Virus record (IMG/VR): IMGVR_UViG_3300021440_000015
Coordinates: 32,001-96,000 of that record
Strand: one strand, 5' to 3'
Origin: a virus
DNA: 64,000 bases
Positions 10,486 through 20,187 of this stretch are shown here, in pieces. Position 1 is the stretch's first letter; every line of letters starts with the position of its first letter. The notes below the pieces were generated by a model that saw only the letters and a program-made list of their open reading frames with translations, did no database searches and was not told where the DNA came from. A program made the position numbers and the translations under genes.

Positions 10486-12663
10486 ATGCCTCGTAATTTG
10501 CAAGGACCTTCAGCGAACCTCGGGGCTCTGGACAGAGTCCTGGGTATCAATGAAGGCGGCACTGACGCCACTACAGACTTAACAGCTGTGCAAAATCTTG
10601 GTGGTATCCACAGGTCGATGATCAATCGGCCTGGGGGTATCGCCGGTTTAGACGCTTTGGGTAGATTACCTATAGACCTTATAGATGCTGATACTATCAG
10701 TATCCAAGGTCCTGTTCTATTGAACTCCAATCAGGTAGCTACTTACACCATCACCAACTATGATACATTTACCAGTTACACTATCTCTGCCATAACTGGT
10801 ACTGTAAGTCGTGTAGAAGATGTGATCACCTATACAGCACCTAGCGCTAATGGTACTACAGGTTTTAGAATCAACGACCGGGTGTTTGACATAGCTGTTG
10901 GACAGACTTTGATTAACAAACCTGTTATTCAATCTCCTGTTAACTTATCCAACAATCTGGGTGGGGATGTTACTTTTGTAACTGCTCCTTTTGATGCGGT
11001 GGGTGGCACAGATACTCACAGCTCCTCATCTTGGCAAGTATCTAGCGATATTAACTTCAACACCTTAATAGGTGAAGCTGTTAACAGTACGATAAATAAG
11101 ATCAGTTGGACTGTAACAGGTTTGTCTGAGAATACCACTTACTATGTAAGAGTTAAGCACACAGGTGTCAACTCTGGTACATCCGGTTATAGTGATATTG
11201 TACAGTTCTCTACCAAAACTATCTTTCTTCCTATCGCAGAGAAGCAAATAGTTACAGCTAATAGCAAAGCCGGTTATACTGCATCTGCTGGTGAAAATTA
11301 CGGTGTCAACGTGGTTTTGTCTGGTGACGGACAAGTCATGGTGACCACTAGCTGTAAACATGACATTAACCTAGTAGCCAACCGTGCTCATGAGATAGGT
11401 GGTGACTATGCTGATATGTATGTGAAGTCAGGTGGTACCTGGTCCCATGTACAGCGTATACAAAGACCCACCGGTACATCAGGTGCTATCAAAGCCTCTC
11501 TTAGCTATGATGGTGGCGTGTTGACTTTGGGTGAACATAAGTTCTATGATTCTGAGTTTACTCAAGCTAATTTCTCTTACTCCACTCCTGTCTCACAATC
11601 TGCTAACTTAGATGGCACCACAGCGGTTGAAATCTATAACAGAGTATCAGGTTCCAATACGTGGTCTTTGAACAAAACTATTTCCCTGAATAACAACTTT
11701 AAAGGATACATCCTAAATACAGATGTGAAGATTTCTGGTGATGGCGCTGTATTAGTTATAGCTGATAGCTTTTATGGCGCAGCTTATAAACAGAGATGGA
11801 ACACACCTTGGATCTTTAACACAGCTGGTGCTAACGCTAGGGCTTTGGTTTATAGAAAGACAGCTTCTGATTGGGTGTTGAGTCAAACACTCACTATACC
11901 TAATACACTTGAGAACACAGGTAGTGTATCTATATCTAGAGATGGCAGAACCATTTCTGTTTTTGATACTTTAGATGAGTCCGCTACATATACAAATCCA
12001 GCTCAATACCCTGTGTCTTGGATGGGCGCTTTGCATGTGTATAAAGACAATGGCTCTGGTCAGTTTACTCTGATCCAAACGTTGAAGAGTTCCACACCCA
12101 GACACTCTGATCATTACGGTCATTTAGGTAACTCTGTTCACAACATGTCTTCGGATGGTAAGTTGTTAGCTGCTGCTTGTCGCGGTGTATTGGCTCCTAA
12201 TACAAATACATGGATAGCCGACCAAATGGTTGCTAAAAACATCCAGTATAGTGATGGTTATGGATATGTAGAGCTTTGGGACTATATCAACGGTGCTTAT
12301 GTCAGAGGTCAGAAATTGACCCCTAGCGGACAGCGTCAGTATTCTCATTTCGGTAAAAGTGTGTGGGTCTCTCCTAACGGTAAGACCATCGCTGTGGGTG
12401 CTGAATATGAAGACACCAAAGGTACTGATGCAGGCATGCTTTATATCTTTAAGAAGAGTGATGTCACTGGTATGTGGGCTGAAGTAGCTCGTGTATTCCC
12501 TGACTCAGCTATCGGCAACAATGAGAAGTTTGGTGTCGAGGTATCTCTTTCTGATGATCTTAAAGAGATGGCTGTGGGTGCATGGGGTAGAGATCCTGGT
12601 TTAACCAAGACAGCTACTCCTATAGCTCAAGCTGGTTACGGTGCAGTTTATCTGTACGGTTAA
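10486..12663 (+). CDS. tail fiber-like protein with FN3-like domain and FG-GAP-like beta-propeller
   Basis: Shared fiber N-terminus, one FN3-like module, then repeats such as FGKSVWVSPNGKTIAVGA and FGVEVSLSDD..MAVGA. Confidence 0.75.
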   Translation: MPRNLQGPSANLGALDRVLGINEGGTDATTDLTAVQNLGGIHRSMINRPGGIAGLDALGRLPIDLIDADTISIQGPVLLNSNQVATYTITNYDTFTSYTISAITGTVSRVEDVITYTAPSANGTTGFRINDRVFDIAVGQTLINKPVIQSPVNLSNNLGGDVTFVTAPFDAVGGTDTHSSSSWQVSSDINFNTLIGEAVNSTINKISWTVTGLSENTTYYVRVKHTGVNSGTSGYSDIVQFSTKTIFLPIAEKQIVTANSKAGYTASAGENYGVNVVLSGDGQVMVTTSCKHDINLVANRAHEIGGDYADMYVKSGGTWSHVQRIQRPTGTSGAIKASLSYDGGVLTLGEHKFYDSEFTQANFSYSTPVSQSANLDGTTAVEIYNRVSGSNTWSLNKTISLNNNFKGYILNTDVKISGDGAVLVIADSFYGAAYKQRWNTPWIFNTAGANARALVYRKTASDWVLSQTLTIPNTLENTGSVSISRDGRTISVFDTLDESATYTNPAQYPVSWMGALHVYKDNGSGQFTLIQTLKSSTPRHSDHYGHLGNSVHNMSSDGKLLAAACRGVLAPNTNTWIADQMVAKNIQYSDGYGYVELWDYINGAYVRGQKLTPSGQRQYSHFGKSVWVSPNGKTIAVGAEYEDTKGTDAGMLYIFKKSDVTGMWAEVARVFPDSAIGNNEKFGVEVSLSDDLKEMAVGAWGRDPGLTKTATPIAQAGYGAVYLYG

Positions 12664-12671
12664 AAAGAATT

Positions 12672-12706
12672 ACTCTATATCAGCTTAGGCTGGTATAGAG
12701 TTTTTT
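12672..12706 (+). terminator. Rho-independent terminator
   Basis: ACTCTATATCAGC-tta-GGCTGGTATAGAGT followed by T-tract. Confidence 0.75.
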
Positions 12707-12716
12707 ATTCGGCTTA

Positions 12717-12804
12717 TAAACTTTTTCAGTCACATATACTTAACTTGATTATTGCTGATAGTTTAATCTAGGTTTTTCTAGAACTGTTAGCTAAGGAGAT
12801 AATC
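12717..12804 (+). promoter_or_regulatory. repeated putative early promoter plus bulged-hairpin leader, copy 1
   Basis: TAAACTTTTTCAGTCACATATACTTAACTTGAT is identical (33 nt) to 17126-17158; hairpin 12754-12791; AGGAG SD. Confidence 0.7.
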
Positions 12805-13431
12805 ATGAAAGTTGTTTTCAACCTGTCCCCCGCGCAATCCTTGGTGGCTATTGCCATAAAAGCAAAAAAGTCAGCCTTGATGCGGCTGGAAGCCGGGGAA
12901 GGGCTGGGGAAACATTTCCCCAATTTGCTGAACGGCGAATTGCATTCAGCCCTTGGGGCTGAATGGGAGTTCAAATACGACGGCAATCTCGCCGTCGTAT
13001 TTAACGACGGCATGGCCGGGAAACAGACACTAGAGTTGTCCGAAGACAACTCTAGTGTAACCTACGAGGGTGGTCGGACCACCCTCGTAGACGGCATGGC
13101 CGGGTGTATCTTGACCCTGCGAGAAATCGCAGGGGGTGATGAGAAGAGTCTGAAGGTGATCTCTTACGAGACTACCGATCCCAGCCTAAGCTGGTGGGAA
13201 ACCACTAGCATGGCTATCCGACGTAAGTCGGATGAGGAGTTAGCTGCTCTGTCAAAGCAACGGAAAACCTGGCGTTTTCTAGATCAGGAACTGGACCACG
13301 AGGCCCGTCGGCGTATTCCGACAAAATTAGCCGACCTCGTGTCGGCTGGGAAAACAAAGCTGGTCTCGGCGAGTTTCACCCCCAGTGAAATCCGCCGTTA
13401 CACGGTTCTAAAGCCGTGTCTGGTTGAGTAA
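12805..13431 (+). CDS. hypothetical accessory protein (cassette gene, visibly GC-richer than flanks)
   Basis: 208-aa ORF with strong SD, its own promoter-like motif and terminator. Confidence 0.75.
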   Translation: MKVVFNLSPAQSLVAIAIKAKKSALMRLEAGEGLGKHFPNLLNGELHSALGAEWEFKYDGNLAVVFNDGMAGKQTLELSEDNSSVTYEGGRTTLVDGMAGCILTLREIAGGDEKSLKVISYETTDPSLSWWETTSMAIRRKSDEELAALSKQRKTWRFLDQELDHEARRRIPTKLADLVSAGKTKLVSASFTPSEIRRYTVLKPCLVE

Positions 13432-13477
13432 AATAACACCCCTAGCCATAACAGGCCGGGGGTGTTATTTTTTTTGT
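13432..13477. terminator. bidirectional terminator
   Basis: AATAACACCCCTAGCC...GGCCGGGGGTGTTATT plus T-tract; similar to 17752-17796. Confidence 0.75.
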
Positions 13478-14347
13478 TTAACAGTCTACTGCACAGATAT
13501 GTGGATTAGCTCTAGAAGCTCCGGCTGTATATTCCTCACCTGTGTTTTCCACTATGGGTGTGTCACATAACACTTTACCGGCTCTTTCAGTAATTGTCCC
13601 ACCGGCAGTATTGGTTATACCACCACCAGCAGTCTCAGTGATCTCATCACCTTTCTCATCTATCTTAGGAGCTGTGGTTAACACTCTCTCAGTAGCTTCA
13701 AAGTGTATAAACGGAGCTTTAAGATGTATCTTCTCTAAGGCATTTATAGTGATGGTGTTACTAGGGCTGTCCAACACATAGTAGTTACCCACATCATCCT
13801 TTACCTCTACATACCCCTTTCTGGTATCTATCTTTACATCATACTCAAAAGGTTCACCATCAGACTTTGTAGTCTTTAACCAAATATGTTTGTCTTTGGT
13901 GCTTACCTCATACCAGTAACTAGATAGCTTGTCGAAAGCTCTCTTAGTTATACCTGTAGCTAGATTACTGAAAGCGTATAAAACTCTTTCTAGTCTTCTT
14001 AGCTTAGGTTCTCTATAGATAGTAGTCCAATAGTACTTATCTGTATCAGCATAGCTAAAGATAATCACAGTTTCGTTCACTACCACATCAGGAGATGTGA
14101 TGCGGTTACTATGTGCAAAAGGAAACCATCTGGCTTCTATGATCACTGAACTTTCAGCAGATGCTTTCTTTATAGTACCTGACATATCTTTGTAGTCAGC
14201 TTTGAACTCTTCTTTATGTTCAGATAACTTACCGTCTACATAAGAGTATTCTTCTATAGGGACTACTTTGATCATATCTGTGTCATCTGGCTTAGTTTGC
14301 ACCACGATGCCCAGAGAGTACAGTTTTAACTTTGACTCAGTTATCAT
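13478..14347 (-). CDS. baseplate central spike/hub-like protein
   Basis: N-terminal OB-like region (SPDVVVNETVIIFSYADTDKYYW); C-terminal beta-helix-like repeats (ITETAGGG ITNTAGGT ITERAG). Confidence 0.65.
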   Translation of the reverse strand: MITESKLKLYSLGIVVQTKPDDTDMIKVVPIEEYSYVDGKLSEHKEEFKADYKDMSGTIKKASAESSVIIEARWFPFAHSNRITSPDVVVNETVIIFSYADTDKYYWTTIYREPKLRRLERVLYAFSNLATGITKRAFDKLSSYWYEVSTKDKHIWLKTTKSDGEPFEYDVKIDTRKGYVEVKDDVGNYYVLDSPSNTITINALEKIHLKAPFIHFEATERVLTTAPKIDEKGDEITETAGGGITNTAGGTITERAGKVLCDTPIVENTGEEYTAGASRANPHICAVDC

Positions 14348-14436
14348 TTTAAATCCTTGTTTAACATCACAAAATAAACTCTGATATTTCTTTAAGACTC
14401 AGATAAATCAGATGTATAAAGCCTAAAAGGATCGAC

Positions 14437-16935
14437 ATGCAGATAAAAGAAGTGGTGATTAAAGGCTATGAGAGAATGTCTTTGAACTCTATAGAGTATT
14501 TCAAATACAATCCAGATAAGAAAATACAACTCATCCTTGGTAGTAACGGATCTGGTAAAAGCAGTTTGATTAAAGAATTGAGCCCTCTACCTGCTGAGGC
14601 TTCTGAATATAAGAAGTCAGGTTACAAACATATAACCTACCAACATAACGGAAGCACCTATGCCTTAAAGAGTGACTTCACAGCTCTGGGTAATAAGTTT
14701 TCTTTTTGTAAAGATGGAGAAGAGCTTAATCCTGGACACACAGTAACTGTGTTTAAAGAACTTGTCAGAAAAGAGTTTAACATCACTCCAGATGTACATG
14801 GGCTTATGACAGGTAGAGTTAAGTTCAGTAAGATGTCTGTGGCTGAGAGAAGAAAGTGGTTTACGCAGATAGCTGATTGTGATTACACCTTTGCTATATG
14901 TTTCTACAACAAGCTTAAAGAACAGTACCGAGATATACAAGGAGCTGTCAAGCTACAGCAAGCTAGGTTAGTGCAGGAGACTAACAAGCTGCCTAATGAG
15001 CAAGAGCATATCAAATACAGAGAAGACATACGTCATCTGAACATGTTCTTAGACGGATTGCTTTCTCAAACAGATCAGTCTATTTTAAAGGCAAGCACAC
15101 TTTCTGATTTTGACGCTATACAGCTCAAGCTTAGGAAAGCAGCCACAGATACCGTTCAAGACAGAAACAAGTTCATCAATCCAGAAAACTATGTAGGTAA
15201 GCAAGAGATACTTGACGATTTGCTATTTGTTAAATCAGATATCAAGTCTTTAGAAACTCTTCTGCATAAGGTCTATCAGGAGATGGATGAGCAGAGTAAA
15301 TCTATAACTCTGTTAGAACAGAATAATCTGGCTTCATTTAAAGACTTGGATGTAAGCATCAAAGACATAGAAGAAGAAATAAACAATCTATCCAAACAGC
15401 TGTCATTCCCACTGGTCAAGAATCCAGATACAGTTTCAGCTGCTTTGTCTTCTGTTAAACCACAGCTAGATGAGTATCTGACAGAGATGCATAGGCATGC
15501 TAACAAAGGCTACTCAAAGGAAAGCTATCAAAGCACCGTTCAGACTTTAGATGAACTTATTCTTAAGCTTAATAACACCAAGTTTGCTTCTGATAAACTG
15601 TTTACCCAGCTAAAGGAATACGATCACGCTAAACAACACAACGAAGTCAGCTGCCCTAACTGTAAGCATACTTGGTTTAAAGGCTTCTCTCAGTCTCTGT
15701 ATGACGAGTGTGTGAGATCCAGAGAGATACTTGATAAAGACATACCTGTGTTAGAACAGCAAATCAAAGTTCTAGAGTCCACAAAGGCAGAGCAATTTGA
15801 GTATCTGACTTGCATGAGTATGTTTGTTAAGTTGATAACCCAGGTAGAATCATTAGACAGCATGTGGAAATACATCATGTCTTACGGTTCTCTGAGAACA
15901 GCTCCTATAGGTGTAAGACAAATGATCCAAACCTATAGTCAAGAACTGGACATACAGAAACAACTTAGCCTCTGTTCAGATAAGCTATCTGAATTTCTTA
16001 AGATCAAACAGATCACAGCTGAGAACCAAAGCAATGATTTGTCTGCACTTAAAATCAAATATGCTAAGTTAGAACTGTCTGCTCAGGACTATCAGGTAAA
16101 AATCAGAAGAAGTAAAGTAAAAGAACAATCTTTACTTAAGTCTATTTCTATCATAGAGAACCTGGATCTTAAAAAACAAGAGTTAACCAATCTACACATA
16201 GCTCATAATTTTGCTGTAAGGGACATAGAGAAAACTATCAGTCAAGATTTTATAGCTTCTTGTATCAGGTTGGTTAAGTCTGAACTGGCTAGTTTGACCC
16301 AGATGGTGTCGAGGATAGATATCCAAGCAGCTCTGCTCACCTCTATAGAGAAACAGATAGCTGAGTACCAAGAACAAGCTGAAGTGTATAAGATCATGTT
16401 GAAAGAGTTAAGTCCTACTGAAGGACTTATCGCTAAGGGGCTGATCAACTTCATCAATCACTTCGTCATACAGATGAACGCCATTATCAAGAAAGTCTGG
16501 TTATATCCTCTTGAGATACAGCCTGTCTTTCAACTAGACGATGAGTTAGAACTTGATTATAAGTTTCAAGTCAAAGTCAATGATAAGAATGATATCTCTG
16601 ATGTAAGTCTGGGATCATCTGCTATGAAGGAAGTGATAGACATGGCTTTCATGAGAGTGTCTATGAAGTACCTAAAGCTAGATAAAGCACCTTTGTTCTT
16701 AGATGAGTTTTCTGTTAACATGGACTCTGCTCACAGAAAGTCAGCTTTCAACACTGTAACTGACCTGATGACTAACTCTAATCATAGTCAAGTCTTTCTG
16801 ATATCTCATTATGAAGACAGCTATGGTAGTATAGCCAATGCAGATGTGGTAGTACTATGTCCTAACAACGTGGTAATACCTAAAGGCTGTGGATATAACA
16901 ACTGTGTAGATTTTACTGAACCTGCTTTAATGTAA
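14437..16935 (+). CDS. sbcC: SbcC/Rad50-like SMC ATPase
   Basis: Walker A GSNGSGKSS, long coiled coils, central zinc hook CPNC, Walker B LFLDE, ISH motif. Confidence 0.88.
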   Translation: MQIKEVVIKGYERMSLNSIEYFKYNPDKKIQLILGSNGSGKSSLIKELSPLPAEASEYKKSGYKHITYQHNGSTYALKSDFTALGNKFSFCKDGEELNPGHTVTVFKELVRKEFNITPDVHGLMTGRVKFSKMSVAERRKWFTQIADCDYTFAICFYNKLKEQYRDIQGAVKLQQARLVQETNKLPNEQEHIKYREDIRHLNMFLDGLLSQTDQSILKASTLSDFDAIQLKLRKAATDTVQDRNKFINPENYVGKQEILDDLLFVKSDIKSLETLLHKVYQEMDEQSKSITLLEQNNLASFKDLDVSIKDIEEEINNLSKQLSFPLVKNPDTVSAALSSVKPQLDEYLTEMHRHANKGYSKESYQSTVQTLDELILKLNNTKFASDKLFTQLKEYDHAKQHNEVSCPNCKHTWFKGFSQSLYDECVRSREILDKDIPVLEQQIKVLESTKAEQFEYLTCMSMFVKLITQVESLDSMWKYIMSYGSLRTAPIGVRQMIQTYSQELDIQKQLSLCSDKLSEFLKIKQITAENQSNDLSALKIKYAKLELSAQDYQVKIRRSKVKEQSLLKSISIIENLDLKKQELTNLHIAHNFAVRDIEKTISQDFIASCIRLVKSELASLTQMVSRIDIQAALLTSIEKQIAEYQEQAEVYKIMLKELSPTEGLIAKGLINFINHFVIQMNAIIKKVWLYPLEIQPVFQLDDELELDYKFQVKVNDKNDISDVSLGSSAMKEVIDMAFMRVSMKYLKLDKAPLFLDEFSVNMDSAHRKSAFNTVTDLMTNSNHSQVFLISHYEDSYGSIANADVVVLCPNNVVIPKGCGYNNCVDFTEPALM

Positions 16936-16946
16936 AGGAAAGAATC

Positions 16947-17120
16947 ATGTTTGAAAATATCAAGACTCGTGAAGAGTTTGAAAAAGTGGTGAGTGAGCTT
17001 ATCGAACAGGCCAAGAAGGAAGATAAAGTTCTGGAGATCTATACAGAACCTACCAAACCTTTGCGCATGGGTGGATATAAGATGATATCTTCTGTGAGAG
17101 AGGCTAGAGTGCTTTCTTGA
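16947..17120 (+). CDS. small hypothetical protein (57 aa, MFENIKTREEFEKVV...)
   Basis: AAGGA SD, ATG 16947 to TGA 17120; below the ORF-track length cutoff. Confidence 0.6.
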   Translation: MFENIKTREEFEKVVSELIEQAKKEDKVLEIYTEPTKPLRMGGYKMISSVREARVLS

Positions 17121-17125
17121 CCTTG

Positions 17126-17215
17126 TAAACTTTTTCAGTCACATATACTTAACTTGATGTATAGCTATAGTTTAATAGATCTGTTCTGATCTGACTACTA
17201 GCTGAGGAGTACATT
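17126..17215 (+). promoter_or_regulatory. repeated putative early promoter plus bulged-hairpin leader, copy 2
   Basis: 33-nt identity with copy 1; hairpin AGCTATAGTT-taat-AGATC-tgttct-GATCT-GACTA(c)TAGCT, then GAGGAG. Confidence 0.7.
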
Positions 17216-17308
17216 ATGGATTGGCTCGATATCATTGTGATCGCCTTTGCGGCGATCACCACCCCAGCAATTGTCTGGGAAGCAGTGACGGATCGCCGCC
17301 GTCGCTGA
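17216..17308 (+). CDS. 30-aa hydrophobic peptide MDWLDIIVIAFAAITTPAIVWEAVTDRRRR
   Basis: GAGGAG SD 6 nt upstream; single TM-like segment with a basic tail. Confidence 0.6.
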   Translation: MDWLDIIVIAFAAITTPAIVWEAVTDRRRR

Positions 17309-17394
17309 CTTCCCAAGAGGTTGACAACTAACCTCTTTAAATAAATGGTTGGGTCGTAACCTGCCCTGACGCTTGGCCAGCAAAAAGGGATTAC

Positions 17395-17445
17395 TGATCT
17401 GTCTAAGTTCACATGTCGTGAATACAGATTAACAGGAGAAACAAA
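17395..17445 (+). promoter_or_regulatory. bulged-hairpin leader without adjacent promoter motif (copy 2b)
   Basis: TGATCTGT-ctaa-GTTCAC-atgtc-GTGAAT-ACAGATTA followed by AGGAG. Confidence 0.55.
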
Positions 17446-17751
17446 ATGAGCATGATACCGCTCAGAGAAAGGGCAGAAGGCTGGACAACTGATGAGTCAG
17501 TTGTCCGTCAGCTGCGGCAGAAGGCCGCAACGAAGGCGGCGGAAATCGCCGCTTGTGGTGATGATGACTACATCCATTATAAGGATGTGGTGCTAGCCAC
17601 AACGCCAGTTGGTGAAAACTGGCACGAGTACGAAACACTTCTTAGCACTCGCGACGAAGAGTTAAAGAAAGAGCTACGTCCAGTTGATGCCTGGATGTGG
17701 AGCGGCAGGAGCAAAAAATGGGTATACCGTTGCAACGGTTACCTAGATTAA
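17446..17751 (+). CDS. hypothetical accessory protein
   Basis: 101-aa ORF with AGGAG SD, followed by a terminator. Confidence 0.7.
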   Translation: MSMIPLRERAEGWTTDESVVRQLRQKAATKAAEIAACGDDDYIHYKDVVLATTPVGENWHEYETLLSTRDEELKKELRPVDAWMWSGRSKKWVYRCNGYLD

Positions 17752-17796
17752 AAAATCATCCCTAGCCCTTACAGGCCGGGGATGATTTTTTTTGTT
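17752..17796. terminator. bidirectional terminator
   Basis: AAATCATCCCTAGCC...GGCCGGGGATGATTT plus T-tract. Confidence 0.75.
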
Positions 17797-18417
17797 TTAA
17801 ATGCTTAGTCTTCTTTTGATATAAGCTTCTAGCTCAGCTATCTTAGCCAAAGCCTGATCATGTCTGTATAACAGTTCCATATATCTGGCTCTGTCAGTAC
17901 CTCTACCTTGAGATACACCGGCTCTAGCAGTAGTCAGCGTATCATGCTTACCAGAGGATACTAACACCACACGACTGCTTTCCACAAACTTCACTGTAGG
18001 TACTACACCCAGAGTATCCATACACAGATTACGCACTTCTGTTTGTAAGAAGCTCAGATCTCTGTCTACAGGAAAAGAAGGTAGAGAAGCAGTGAGTACA
18101 TATGACCTGTAAGGTATGCCGTTTACCATAGGGTAGGTAGAGATGTACCTAGCAGGCACATATAACCAATGTCCTATGTCAGACTGTAGAGAAACGATAT
18201 GCATGTTGTTCTGCAGATCGAGTTCATAGTCAGCATCTGGTATCCGGTACTTAACGTAGATATCCTTATAAGGATCTTCGTTATTAGCCAGATAGTCATT
18301 TAAGGATCTTATACCCTGACACGTATATCTTTCACCTTCTGTGATAATAGTATCAAAAGGAGCTAAAAGTTTATACGAGCCAGAAGATCCTATCGTGGGT
18401 AATACATTATCACTCAT
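17797..18417 (-). CDS. conserved phiKZ-like hypothetical/structural protein
   Basis: 206-aa ORF translationally coupled to 18414..19727. Confidence 0.65.
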   Translation of the reverse strand: MSDNVLPTIGSSGSYKLLAPFDTIITEGERYTCQGIRSLNDYLANNEDPYKDIYVKYRIPDADYELDLQNNMHIVSLQSDIGHWLYVPARYISTYPMVNGIPYRSYVLTASLPSFPVDRDLSFLQTEVRNLCMDTLGVVPTVKFVESSRVVLVSSGKHDTLTTARAGVSQGRGTDRARYMELLYRHDQALAKIAELEAYIKRRLSI

Positions 18418-19727
18418 GATGCAAAGTCTGTGTTAGAAGCTGTAGCTACCATGTAGTTGATGTTATCATACACAGTAGAGATATACAACTTACCATTTCT
18501 GGTGATGCGTCTGAAGTTATTAGGAAGAGATGTGTACACAGATGTACTTTCAGCAGCTACCAATAACTTACCCAACAGTATAGCGAACTCAGAAGTCTTG
18601 ATAGACATACGAGCGAAGTCTAAGGACGTGCTAGGTACAGCTATATAGTCAGGAAAGAGTTCTACCAGACTGCGTCTGCCTAAGATGTTAGTTATACCTG
18701 GGAACACAGCTAAGCTTATACCTTTATAATCATAAGGCATGATAGACAGATTATCAGCTATGTAGTTAGAAGGATATACCGTGATAGGGTACATAGTCTC
18801 TAAGAAAGCTTTTATCTCTGTGAACTTAATGATGCTGCTATACAAAGCTGACAGGTCTGTCAAGTTAGGTATAGACTTCTTATGCCACAGAGGCACCATG
18901 ATGAACTCTGTTCTTCTAAACAGTTCAGGTAGAATATTTTCCCAATCGGTTATAGATCTGGTAGAGTTAGCTAATACATAAGCTGTAACAGCTTCTTTGA
19001 TAGCATCGATATGATCCCCAGCCTTACCATAAATAACCACAGACCAATTGGTAACTATTTTTTGTGTAGGGTTTGTACTGTTGCTATATTCAAAAGGCAG
19101 TATTCTGATAAAAGTTTCAGGATCGCCATTCTTAATAGCGTCTATTCTTTCATAGATCGTGGCTACTGTGTTGGTGGCTATAGCTGCGGCAGCAGGAGCA
19201 TAGAAACCAAACAGAACATTCAAATCAGTAACAGGTGGTATGACTTCTATTTCATATTCATCGTATTGATCTCTGAAAGAAGAATCTGACAACCAAATCT
19301 TGATCTCATCGTTAGTAGTAGCTAGATCCACCCACGACAACCACTGAGGCATAGCCACGGGTCCGTTAGAAACAAACGGTCCAAAGTTTAAGCCAGCGAT
19401 CTTATCGTTATGAGCAGAGATGACTGTGTTTCGGAAATCGTTTGAATCAAAAGGTTGTATGTGATTAGTCGAGTAATTGAGACATGTGGAAACAACATCC
19501 AAAATATGTTTTACCTGTAACGCAGGTAAAACATAATGTGTTTTGTCTGATATCTTAATAGATTTGAAAGTCGTTAATTTCAGATTGTTATAAGCAGGGT
19601 CAGAGTACTCTCCTTTTTCTCTGCTGTACGTTTCTGACCATGTGCTGAGTTCACCCAAAGGTGCCACTTGTCCTTGAGTGTTATTAACATAACTGTTTAT
19701 GTTAATGAAACCTTTGATTATGTTCAT
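18414..19727 (-). CDS. phiKZ-like virion structural protein
   Basis: 437 aa; GELSTWSETY, IKIWLSD..F..QYDEYEI, TEFIMVPLW motifs seen in jumbo-phage structural proteins. Confidence 0.65.
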   Translation of the reverse strand: MNIIKGFININSYVNNTQGQVAPLGELSTWSETYSREKGEYSDPAYNNLKLTTFKSIKISDKTHYVLPALQVKHILDVVSTCLNYSTNHIQPFDSNDFRNTVISAHNDKIAGLNFGPFVSNGPVAMPQWLSWVDLATTNDEIKIWLSDSSFRDQYDEYEIEVIPPVTDLNVLFGFYAPAAAAIATNTVATIYERIDAIKNGDPETFIRILPFEYSNSTNPTQKIVTNWSVVIYGKAGDHIDAIKEAVTAYVLANSTRSITDWENILPELFRRTEFIMVPLWHKKSIPNLTDLSALYSSIIKFTEIKAFLETMYPITVYPSNYIADNLSIMPYDYKGISLAVFPGITNILGRRSLVELFPDYIAVPSTSLDFARMSIKTSEFAILLGKLLVAAESTSVYTSLPNNFRRITRNGKLYISTVYDNINYMVATASNTDFAS

Positions 19728-19755
19728 ATCGTGTCTTTACCTGAAAGAAAAAAAA

Positions 19756-20151
19756 ATGGAGCTAAAACCATTAAAGACCATCATCAGGGTGGTCTATACC
19801 AGTTTTAAAATAGGCTTTAATGTTAAAAAAGGGGAGCTAGACCCTTTCAGCAAGAAGTTCAACATCTGGCTTGCTATCATATTAATTATCATAGTCAGTG
19901 TACTTACCTTTGGTGCTTTGCTAATATATAATTCAGTGTCCACTGGTGTCACTGTTATGAAGCAGAGAAAAGAAATAGCGCTGTTAAATAAAGACTTGGT
20001 TTCTAAACAGTTGACTATAGAACTAGATAAGAGGGATCTTGAAAATTGCAGAGTCAATGAAAGAGCCTATGAGATAGTCTGTGGGAAGCTTAGACGAAAA
20101 CAACCTGAGGAAATGGTCAATGAAATCGTCAATCTAAAAAGTAACAAGTAG
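19756..20151 (+). CDS. hypothetical membrane protein (TM plus coiled coil)
   Basis: Strongly hydrophobic segment IWLAIILIIIVSVLTFGALLIY; ATG 19756 avoids overlap with the divergent gene. Confidence 0.6.
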   Translation: MELKPLKTIIRVVYTSFKIGFNVKKGELDPFSKKFNIWLAIILIIIVSVLTFGALLIYNSVSTGVTVMKQRKEIALLNKDLVSKQLTIELDKRDLENCRVNERAYEIVCGKLRRKQPEEMVNEIVNLKSNK

Positions 20152-20187
20152 ATTTATCAACTGACTTGTTATTTAAAAGAGAGCTGT

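Noticed and set aside
4697-12663. Diversity-generating retroelement acting on the fiber genes
   Set aside because: No reverse transcriptase in the window, and I saw no template/variable repeat pair
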